A stretch of DNA of 52,449 bases from Octopus bimaculoides (lineage: Eukaryota). Below the pieces are notes generated by a model that made no database searches, was not told where the DNA came from, and saw only the letters and a program-made list of their open reading frames with translations. How positions within the stretch are numbered: the first letter of the stretch is position 1; every line of letters begins with the position of its first letter. The stretch covers positions 10,027,660 to 10,080,108 of the forward strand of contig NC_069008.1 in NCBI RefSeq assembly GCF_001194135.2, written 5' to 3'. A program made the translations under genes and the position numbers. Positions 23,790-33,939 of this stretch are shown in pieces.

Positions 23790-24196
23790 CTCTTTTACTT
23801 GTTTCAGTCATTTGACTGTGACCATGCTGGAGCACCGCCTTTAGTCGAGCAAATCGACCCCAGGACTTATTCTTTGGATGCCTAGTACTTATTCTATCGG
23901 TCTCTTTTGCCGAACTGCTAAGTTACGGGGACGTAAACACACAACTATCGGTTGTCAAGCGATGTTGGGGGGACAAACACAGACACACAAACATATACAC
24001 ACACATGCATATACATATATATACATATATACGACGGGCTTCTTTCAGTTTCCATCTACCAAATCCACTCGCAAGGCTTTGGTCGGCCCGAGGCTTATAG
24101 TAGAAGACACTTGCCCAAGGTGCCACGCAGTGGGAGTGAACCCGGAATCATGTGGCTGGTAAGCAAGCTACTTACCACACAGCCACTCCTACGCCT
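23790..24196 (-). mobile_element. Best-preserved full-length octopus-type tRNA-derived SINE
   Basis: The minus strand reads head (A/B boxes), ccttgggcaagtgtctt, an internal TA/TG tract, the 3' domain and an aaaagag tail; CpGs are retained. Confidence 0.95.
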
Positions 24197-24257
24197 ATAT
24201 ATATATATATATATATATATATGCATAAATGTGTGTGTGTGTATATATATATGTATA

Positions 24258-24288
<31 letters not shown>

Positions 24289-25429
24289 ATAAATATAAAA
24301 TTAAATAGGTACAATTGACAATCCAATAATTTATTTATATTATAATATAACATAAACAAATATTAAAACATGAAAAGGCCAACAATTTGTTTCGACTTAT
24401 ATACATTTTTTGATATATAAACAATTCTCTTATATATAAGTCTCCTCAGAATCAGAGTTTAAAGATAGACGAAATTCCGTGTGAAAGGATGCCTGGATTG
24501 TAAAAAATTAATTCAAATGCCTATTAGTGTGAACATTAGCTATTATATAACAATTACAATTAAAAACAAAAAAATTTTAACGGACAAAATAATTAACTGT
24601 AATCTACGACCATCGAAATATATTTCTATATATCTCAAATAATATTAATCCAAACTTGTTTATGTCTAAGATAATATTTCGCTATTATAACATACAACAA
24701 TATGCTGTATGTTATAATATGTTATATTATAACATACAACAATAATATTATATGTGTATATAATTAGGTATCAGGGTCTTGCTTTATCTAGAACTGTAAT
24801 CAAATGTGTAAAAAATATAAATGATAATTATATCTTTAATATGTAATAACTCTTCTATTTATTTAAAGTTATTGATATAAAAAAAAAATATTATTTAAAG
24901 TAACTAATAGAAACGTTCTATAATTATTGTTTTTCGGAGGGATAATTTCATAATAAATATGAATAGAAACCTAATAAAAAATCTTTTGTTTGCTTACTTA
25001 ATTTATTGTAGGGAGAATTCCATAATAAATATGAAGATAAACTTATGGCTGTAAACGCTATAACCTATATACACCATAGATATAGATTTTGGCTATAATA
25101 ATGGATATCAACATATTACTATTTTTTTTGGAAGTAACCGGATTTGGAGTTACTTAAATAAGGATTATTATTCGTATATTATGGAAGGGAGAACTCTAAA
25201 TAAGTAAAAAATTTAGTAATATAACAAAACAAGTATTAAGGATTGCTCACTTTAAAATAATTGATATTGTTATTTTTAAATTATATGACTATAAATAGTA
25301 TATTTACAAATTTTATAAATTCTTTGAGAATTAACAAAATAATATTGTTCTAATAAGAATACAAGTTATAAACTATACAATACTGTGTGTATGGGTTTTT
25401 GTGGCTATGTACTGTGTCACAAGCACACA

Positions 25430-25895
25430 TACGCAAATGAAGACTGAAACAAATGACCATATACACACATACACACTACACTTTACACAAGTACACATAT
25501 GGAGACACACATCCATACACACACACACATAAAACATAAACCCGAGCACACAAATACACAAACACATGAATATGCAGAATACATACATATTAACATACAT
25601 ACATATATACATATGCACACACACATACATACATGCATACACACACTTACATGCATGCATACATACATACATACATGTGTATGTGCACACACACTGACCC
25701 ACACACATGCGCACAAACAAACAAAAAGAACACAGCACAGATAATGAACAGAGTCAAAGATTATAGAAAAGGTTGAAAGACACAAAAATTTTAGGAAAAA
25801 TAAATAAATAAATGAGTGGAAACTTTACCCGTGAGTGTGTTAAACAATAAGACACTAAAAGAGAATGACTCTCCCCAGACACAACAAAATATGCT
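25430..25895 (+). repeat. Copy of a ~450-bp microsatellite-like repeat family also present at 44530-44990
   Basis: Shared anchors are atggagacaca, acaaacacatga.tatgcagaatacata, acagagtcaa, gtgagtgtgtt and ctctccccagacacaacaaaa. Confidence 0.75.
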
Positions 25896-26163
25896 TCAAC
25901 ANNNNNNNNNNATATATGCATGTATGTATATGGTTTGGATCCGTACACTCAGCACACTGGAACATGAAAATGTAATGGTATATCTTTAGCCAACTCCGAT
26001 GAGTTTCAGCTTTAATATGTTTTTAATTATGCTTATTAAATTCTAACGTCTTGAATCGGAACAGCTGTCAGAGATGATGTCCAATTTTCTAATTAATAAA
26101 TAATTATTAATTTATCTCTCTATTTTCTTTTTTCTTATATATATATGTATACATATATATATG

Positions 26164-26195
<32 letters not shown>

Positions 26196-26408
26196 GCATC
26201 TGCTTAGGACTCATGGAGATGGTGTAGAAGGGCATATGGGGCCACATACTACTTACAACATAGTCTTCTCCCCCACACCTTTTATTAACTGGTTTATTTA
26301 CTCCTTTATTTACATCTACCCCTGTAACGGTCTTAGCTTGTGTTTGGTTTTAAATGTAACTGACCAATTGTAGAGATGACTGGACTTTGGTAAATTCCAT
26401 TACAGACA

Positions 26409-26463
26409 ACCTAGAAAGAATATTCCATTCAAAATCAAATTGTTTGGAATATTCTTTCTAGGT
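26409..26463. other. Perfect 19-bp hairpin with 17-nt loop
   Basis: acctagaaagaatattcca-ttcaaaatcaaattgtt-tggaatattctttctaggt. Confidence 0.9.
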
Positions 26464-27026
26464 CCTTTCCTTATGATAAAGGTAAATTTTCTTGTCTGCT
26501 CTATATCAAAGAATTCTATCTCATCCTGTTCTTAGAGAATTCTCTTGTAAACATGTTTAAAGAATGCACCTAAATAATTTCTACCAATCTATAAAATTTG
26601 CCCTTTAACTGTCTTCTAACATTTCATTTCCACTAAATATATCCATTTCACACCTTTAAACTTTATTCCCATTCATCTATTGCACTACATTTCTCCACTC
26701 TTAGTTTTCTGATATTTTCTTTCTTTCTCCTCCTCTTTCTCTTAATTGCATTTGACATTAAATCTATTAATAGTTTTTTTTTCTTAAACTTGTCAGCATT
26801 TCCTTCATCCTATACACAGACATCACATTTGGTTAAAATGGCTTATTGATGTATGTTGTTTCTTTTTTTTTTCCCCTGATCAGAAGATCACATTGCTTTA
26901 CATCATTTTATTCCCTCTGGAATAATACCAGTGTTTTCTTCAGAACATATGTCGGAAGTATAAAGATTTGAGTAATACCTGCGTTTAACTCCATTTCTTT
27001 ATTTATATTTTGACTCTCCTTCGCAC

Positions 27027-27060
<34 letters not shown>

Positions 27061-27301
27061 GCGAGAGAGAGTCAAAAATGATACAAAGTCTTGTTTTTTC
27101 AATGTATTTACACAAAAGCAAGGGATAAACAAGTACGTCATTTTTCTATTTAGTCTCCTTCCTTTTCCATGGACCAAATCTAGTGGTCCACAGGCTCGTA
27201 TATTCCCTTGAAGTAGAAAGTTTTCTTTTGCATTTTTGATAATTTCAACATTATAGTATTATTGACACGTTTTTTTCCCCCCTGTCTTTCATCTTCCTCA
27301 G

Positions 27302-27415
27302 CTCCATTTAGCCGCCCTGACCTCACTGAAGGAGGAAATAATAGATGTCTCAAATCGTCTCCAACATGTCACAGGGGAGAAGAACATGCTGGAAAAGCAG
27401 ATTAACAAAGCTCAG
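27302..27415 (+). CDS. MCC: Internal coding exon of an MCC (colorectal mutant cancer protein; MCC/USHBP1 family) homolog
   Basis: A polypyrimidine tract and ttcctcAG acceptor precede the exon and a CAG|GTAAGT donor follows; it is 114 bp, phase 0/0. LHLAALTSLKEEIIDVSNRLQHVTGEKNMLEKQINKAQ aligns ungapped with human MCC LHSAALASLKGDIVELNKRLQQTERERDLLEKKLAKAQ (recalled from memory). Confidence 0.85.
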
Positions 27416-27772
27416 GTAAGTACACCATACCATCCTCTTGCATCTACAACCACCACCACTACTACTACTTACAGCTACTGTATTTTTTGCTACTACTACT
27501 TACTATTTCTGCTGCTGTTGCTGCTATTGCTACCACTACTACTGAGCCCATACCTCACTTAAATATACAAGAGCAGGTAAGATGGTGCTATTAAAGATTT
27601 TAACTTGCAGAGTTTTGTCCAGCTGTAATTTGAGTATGTTTTAAATCAAGACAAATGCTTTACTTTCTTCTCTTTCTCCGTATGAGATATCAACAATATA
27701 TGTATGCATGTATATAGTTTATAGATGAAAGACAGATATTCTCCATATAGAATACACTTTGTAGTGCTCGAG

Positions 27773-28039
27773 AGGAGTAAATGTAAGGATAAGCAAGTTA
27801 GCCAAGTCAATATACAAACAAATATTTAATACATTTAATACAAAAAATGTACATATGTTTGCATATAAAAAAGTCCAAGTTTTACTCTTATTCACCCCTT
27901 TTAATTCCTGATATCTTTTCTATTCTGTGTTAGTAGGAGCTTCTTATATGCAAACATATGGACATTTTTTTGTATTAAATGTATCTAATATTTTTTGTAT
28001 ATCAACTTGCCTAACTTGCTTATTGTTACATTTACTCCT
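27773..28039. mobile_element. Fold-back (MITE-like) element with 96-bp inverted arms
   Basis: 27773-27868 versus the reverse complement of 27944-28039 shows 8 mismatches and 2 single-base gaps by hand alignment, with a 75-bp spacer. The right end is ctcctg|TA. Confidence 0.75.
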
Positions 28040-28082
<43 letters not shown>

Positions 28083-28186
28083 CACAGGCATGACTGTGTG
28101 GGGCCTTGGGCAAGTGTCTTTTATTGCCTTGGGCTGAACAAAGCCTTGTGAGTGGATTTGGTAGCCTGTCATATATATTTATATAA

Positions 28187-28223
<37 letters not shown>

Positions 28224-28359
28224 TATATTGATTGATAGCTATATCTATGTATGTAACATATGTAGATAGATAAACAGTGTTATGAATTATAACATTTTAC
28301 ACCACTACCAACAGATAGAGAGTAGTGGATTGCAGATAAATATATATATATATATATAA

Positions 28360-28860
28360 ATATGAGGGCACATGGCTTAGGACGTTGCACTCACAATCTA
28401 GTGATAGTAATTTCAGTTCCTGGACTGGGTGGTGTGTTATGTTCTTGAGAAAAACACTTCATCTCACGTACGTTGCTCCATGATCACTTTGACACCTGAC
28501 GTGTAGTACAGTGTGCACCTGTTCAGACAATGTTCTTTGATGGAGAGGGTGAGCAACATGAACACTATAAACAAATCATTTGTGCAGATCGATAGGCAAA
28601 AGCAGAACACTCATATGTTATCTACGACAGGAGAGTACATGATGATGTATGTGTGTGTGTGTGTGTGTCTTTGCATCTGTTTGTCCTCTACCACTGCTTT
28701 AAAACCAGTGTTATTGTGTTTATCTCGCTATAACTTAGCCGTTCAGCAAGAAGATACTGATAGAATAAGTACTGAGGACCAGTCATTCAATGAAAAATTC
28801 TTCAAAGCGGTGCCCCAGCATATCTGCAGTCTCACAGCTGAAACAATTAAAAGATAAAAG
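28360..28860 (+). mobile_element. Third SINE-like family (about 28360-28640) followed by the 3' half of the main SINE (about 28640-28860)
   Basis: Decayed tRNA-like head ggcacatggcttag..cagttcctgg and gttcttgagaaaaacacttcatctcacg, followed by tttgtcctctaccactgc..gcggtgccccagcat..aaaagataaaag. Confidence 0.6.
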
Positions 28861-29179
28861 ATAATATATATATTCATGTATTAAGTATGGTAAAATCTCA
28901 GCTACTTCCTGTTGAAGCACCTTGGCTAATTCCATTATTACAGCCCAGTGTGTTGCTGCTGTCATTGTTTTATTGGGTTGAAAATCTAGGAAATTTTGTT
29001 TTCAGAGTTATTGTATAACAAAACACATATATTATTTAATTCTCTATCTGAAGAATTTCTAATAGGCAATTCTTTATATGTTTATCTGGCATGTAAAACT
29101 CTTTAATTTCTGTTAGCAAATGAAACATGTGTAATGGTGAATAAATAAAACCAATAAATGTTCCAACTTCCATATAATT

Positions 29180-29645
29180 CATCACCCATTATGTCCACTT
29201 TTTCATGCATGCATGGGTCAGATAGAATATGATGAGACAGATTGTTTTACAGCTAGATGCCCTTCCTGTCACCAAAACTCGGCCGTTCCTAAGCATGGTA
29301 TCTTTTTTTCTCCATAGCTAGACATGCTTTCCATGGAAGACTGGAAACATACAACATTACTTGTATGATGGCCATGCTTGGTTACAAACATCACATAATG
29401 TCAAGACAAGTGAGTGGATTTGGTAGACAGAAACTGAAAGAAGCCAGTTGTGTGTGTGTGTGTGTGTGTGTGTCTGTATTTGTCCCCCACCACTGCCTGA
29501 CAACTGGTGTTGGTTTGTTTGTGTCCCATAACTTAATGGTTCAGCAAAAAATACCGATAGAATAAGTACTGGGGGTGATCCATTTGACTAAAAAGTCTTC
29601 AAGCATGACCAGAGTCTAATGACTGACACAAGTAAAAGATTAAAA
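29180..29645. mobile_element. RTE-type 3' module (minus, about 29180-29400) abutting a partial main SINE (plus, about 29405-29645)
   Basis: ttttacagctagatgcccttcctgtcacca on the left; gagtggatttggtagacagaaactgaaagaagcc..gtaaaagattaaaaag on the right. Confidence 0.65.
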
Positions 29646-30071
29646 AGATATATAAAATTTCAGGATTCAAGAGAATCAGGTACTTAAATAGTGAAAGCAC
29701 CAAGGTCAGGCTGGTCATAGCTGTATCTTGTACAAACAATATTTTAGGACAAATATGTACTTACTAAAGTAGTTACTAATACTTAGCAGAAGCAACAGTG
29801 ACTCAAGGGCTGAGAGTTTTGTACGTTGACACTTATCAAATATATTCATATTTTGAGTTCTATTTTTCCTGTTTGCATCAACATACCTAATACACACACA
29901 CACACACACACACATATTGATACATGTGTCTATGTATGTATGTAACATACGTAGAGAAACAGACACTGTTACAAATCTAACCTTTTACACCTCCGCCAAC
30001 AGATTTGCCATTTCTGGATTATGGATGCAGTTTACATGTCAATATTTAGGCTTTTGCACATTCTACTCATT

Positions 30072-30102
<31 letters not shown>

Positions 30103-31189
30103 ATGGAAAAGTGGCTATAAAATTATATGATGATAGTGGTATTGGTAAGGAGGATGGTGGTAGCAGCAGGAATGATGATGATAATTATGACAAAAAATAT
30201 AGTCTCTTGCATAGAGTCAATTCTGGTTGTAAATGTTAAGTAGAAATCAAAAATCAAGGAATGTTAATGTACAGAGTAGGAAGTTATTAATCTAGGCTTG
30301 GAGCGCCCCNNNNNNNNNNNNNNNNNNNNNNNNNNNNNNNNNNNNNNNNNNNNNNNNNNNNNNNNNNNNNNNNNNNNNNNNNNNNNNNNNNNNNNNNNNN
30401 NNNNNNNNNNNNNNNNNNNNNNNNNNNNNNNNNNNNNNNNNNNNNNNNNNNNNNNNNNNNNNNNNNNNNNNNNNNNNNNNNNNNNNNNNNNNNNNNNNNN
30501 NNNNNNNNNNNNNNNNNNNNNNNNNNNNNNNNNNNNNNNNNNNNNNNNNNNNNNNNNNNNNNNNNNNNNNNNNNNNNNNNNNNNNNNNNNNNNNNNNNNN
30601 NNNNNNNNNNNNNNNNNNNNNNNNNNNNNNNNNNNNNNNNNNNNNNNNNNNNNNNNNNNNNNNNNNNNNNNNNNNNNNNNNNNNNNNNNNNNNNNNNNNN
30701 NNNNNNNNNNNNNNNNNNNNNNNNNNNNNNNNNNNNNNNNNNNNNNNNNNNNNNNNNNNNNNNNNNNNNNNNNNNNNNNNNNNNNNNNNNNNNNNNNNNN
30801 NNNNNNNNNNNNNNNNNNNNNNNNNNNNNNNNNNNNNNNNNNNNNNNNNNNNNNNNNNNNNNNNNNNNNNNNNNNNNNNNNNNNNNNNNNNNNNNNNNNN
30901 NNNNNNNNNNNNNNNNNNNNNNNNNNNNNNNNNNNNNNNNNNNNNNNNNNNNNNNNNNNNNNNNNNNNNNNNNNNNNNNNNNNNNNNNNNNNNNNNNNNN
31001 NNNNNNNNNNNNNNNNNNNNNTAGTGAAGAAACAAAAGAAAAAGGCACTTGATACATTTAGTAGAAGTTTCATGTATTATACAGTTTGATTCAGGTCCTT
31101 GCAGTTTAAAGTTTCTTGAGCCTCTAAGAGAAACCTGTCTCTTTCAGGCTTTAGATTATCAAATTTAAGTTGCATTGAGCCAAATTCAA

Positions 31190-31574
31190 ACTGGCTGTGT
31201 GGTAAGAAGCTTGCTTCCCAACCACATGGTACCTTGAGCAAGTGTCTTCTACTATAGCCTCGGGCTGACCAAAGCCTTGTGAGTGGATTTGGTAGACGGA
31301 AACTGAAAGAAGCCCGCTGTATATGCATATGTGTGTGTATGTGTGTGTCACTCTGTCTTTGTTTGTCCCCCTACCATCACTTGACAGCGGATGTTGGTGT
31401 GTTTACGTCCCTGTAATTTAGCAGTTCAGCAAAAGAGACCAATAGAATAAGTAGTAGGCTTACACCTGTATATGTGAAGGCACATGGATCAGTGGCTGAG
31501 CTGCTAAGTTACAGGGACAAAACACACCAACACCAGTTGTCAAGTGGTGTTGAGGGACAAACACAGAGACAAAG

Positions 31575-31612
<38 letters not shown>

Positions 31613-31770
31613 NNNNNNNNNNTCAGCAGAAGAAACTGGTAGAATAAATACCAGGATTAAAAAAAAAAACATAAATCCTGGATCAATTCATTCAACTAAA
31701 AATTCCCCAAGGTGGTGCCTTAGCAGAGCCACAGTCAAATGACTGAAACAAGTAAAAGAATTAAAGATAA
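31190..31770 (+). mobile_element. Main SINE copy interrupted by an inverted SINE segment (31495-31590)
   Basis: Head at 31190-31260, body to 31465, inverted duplicate of 31340-31430, and the 3' end resuming after the 10-N gap. Confidence 0.8.
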
Positions 31771-31771
31771 A

Positions 31772-32456
31772 TTCTAATTTTGGCACATGGCCAGCAGTTT
31801 TGAGGGGAGGGGCAAATTAATGACATTGGCCCTAGTACTTCATAGGTACCTTATTTTACCAACCCTGAAGGGATGAAAGAAAATCTGATCTCACTGGGTT
31901 TGAACTCAGAATGAAATGGGTTGCAAGAAACGCTGCTAACATTTTGCCTGATGTTTTAATGATTCTCCCAGCTCGTCACCACATTGCTCAACCTGTAACT
32001 TATTTTATCAACCCCTAAAGGATAAAAAGCAAAGTCAACTTCGGTAGAATTTGAACTCAAAATGTAAAGCTGGAAGAAATGCCACTAAGCAGTTTTGTTG
32101 GGTATCCTACTGACTTTCCCAGCTCACCACCTTAATAATAATGGTTTCAAATTTTGGTATGAGGCCAGAAGTTTTTGAGGGGTGGGGCAAGTCGATTACA
32201 TCAACACCAGTGCTCAACTGATACTTACTTTATCAACCCCAAAAGTATGAAAGGGAAAGTCAACCTTGGTTGAATTTGAACTTAGTACATAGTGGAACAA
32301 AGCATTTTGCCCAGCATGCTAATGATTCTGCCAGCTCACTGCCTTAATAATAATTATGGTTTCAAATTTTGGCACAGGGTCAACAGTTTTTGAAGAGAGG
32401 GAGTAAGTCAGCTGATGCTTATTTCATTAACGCTGATTCTTCCAGCTTTCAGTCTT
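31772..32456 (-). mobile_element. Head-to-tail array of four full or partial Deu/Nin-like SINE copies, partly separated by (TAA)n
   Basis: Recurrent ttcaaattttggc..tttatcaacccc..aaagtcaac..atttgaact..ccagctcac units at about 31772, 31990, 32141 and 32357. Confidence 0.8.
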
Positions 32457-32602
32457 AATAATAATGATGATGATGATGATGAAGATGATAGCGCACCAAC
32501 CTTGGAAGTGGCTGGATGTTTTTTTCACTGCTCTGAAGCTGAAGACATAGAAACACTAATATAATCCAGCAAGACAATGGAAAAATAATTCTCAAAGACA
32601 GG

Positions 32603-32980
32603 AATATCTACAATTTTCTGTGATTATTTTAAATTTCTGTCAAAATAGTTAAGAAACTTACATATCTACAGTTTTCGAACACACAAACGATCAGCTTTAG
32701 AAACTTTAATATCTACAACTTCTGTGAAACCTATCCTTTCCTTTTTCCCTGAGTATTTGAAAATGTAAACATCCTCTTTATTCTAAGAGCACTACAGTTT
32801 TCTCTGTTCGGAAAAACAAAAGATCATCTCTAGTAAATTTTAAAACTTTAATATCAGCAATTTTCTGTGAAAATACAACCCTTTTCTTTCCTTTCCTTTC
32901 TCCCTGAGTAATCGAAAATGTAAGCATCTTTTTTATTGCAAAAACACTACAGACTTTTCTGAACAGACATACAAACGAAC
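32603..32980. repeat. ~143-bp tandem repeat (about 2.5 units), running into a gap
   Basis: aaactttaatatc..ttctgtgaaa..ccctgagta..gaaaatgtaa.catc..cactacag recurs at about 32700 and 32843. Confidence 0.75.
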
Positions 32981-33391
32981 NNNNNNNNNNNNNNNNNNNN
33001 NNNNNNNNNNNNNNNNNNNNNNNNNNNNNNNNNNNNNNNNNNNNNNNNNNNNNNNNNNNNNNNNNNNNNNNNNNNNNNNNNNNNNNNNNNNNNNNNNNNN
33101 NNNNNNNNNNNNNNNNNNNNNNNNNNNNNNNNNNNNNNNNNNNNNNNNNNNNNNNNNNNNNNNNNNNNNNNNNNNNNNNNNNNNNNNNNNNNNNNNNNNN
33201 NNNNNNNNNNNNNNNNNNNNNNNNNNNNNNNNNNNNNNNNNNNNNNNNNNNNNNNNNNNNNNNNNNNNNNNNNNNNNNNNNNNNNNNNNNNNNNNNNNNN
33301 NNNNNNNNNNNNNNNNNNNNNNNNNNNNNNNNNNNNNNNNNNNNNNNNNNNNNNNNNNNNNNNNNNNNNNNNNNNNNNNNNNNNNNNNNNN

Positions 33392-33426
<35 letters not shown>

Positions 33427-33939
33427 TATCATTAATTAAAAATAGAACAAGGTGAACTGGTTCTTTTCAAGGCCAAGGTCAGTGCTCTCATTGATCCCTA
33501 GTAGTAGTAATCACATTTGACCTCTGCTGACCCCAAGGGTTTAAGGCCACTTTTGTCTCCTTATAGCACAGGATCACCCATTGCTGATCTCTTCACCATC
33601 TGCCGAATCTATTTAATCTATTCACCAAGCTGTCTCTTTTGCTCCTACTATTCCCTTAAACACTCACATATTTATGATCATCTCATGTATAAGACAAAAG
33701 TTAAAACTAAACAACATTCAATAATACCTTTTTATAATAAATGGAAATAATAATAATGATGGTAATACTGGTGATGGTAGTAGTAATGATAATAATAATA
33801 ATTTAGAAAATCTCATGTCAGATAAGAGGAAATATCAACAATGACAAATAGTAGTAAAAAATGAAAATAATAATATCAGCGATGATAATAACAATGATGA
33901 AAGGAAGTGGCTGGAATCTCCCTATGTTCTGATTGATGA

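Noticed and set aside
24300-25370. Possible mitochondrial insertion (ND4-like SHGISS, KFG and WNYPSE fragments on the minus strand)
   Set aside because: The motifs are short, out of expected spacing and interrupted by stops even in code 5, and the HxWLPKAHVEAP motif is absent. It is not supportable without BLAST.
32460-32560. Acidic DDDDEDD stretch as a possible further exon
   Set aside because: It derives from a (GAT)n tract, has no convincing splice pair and shows no MCC similarity.
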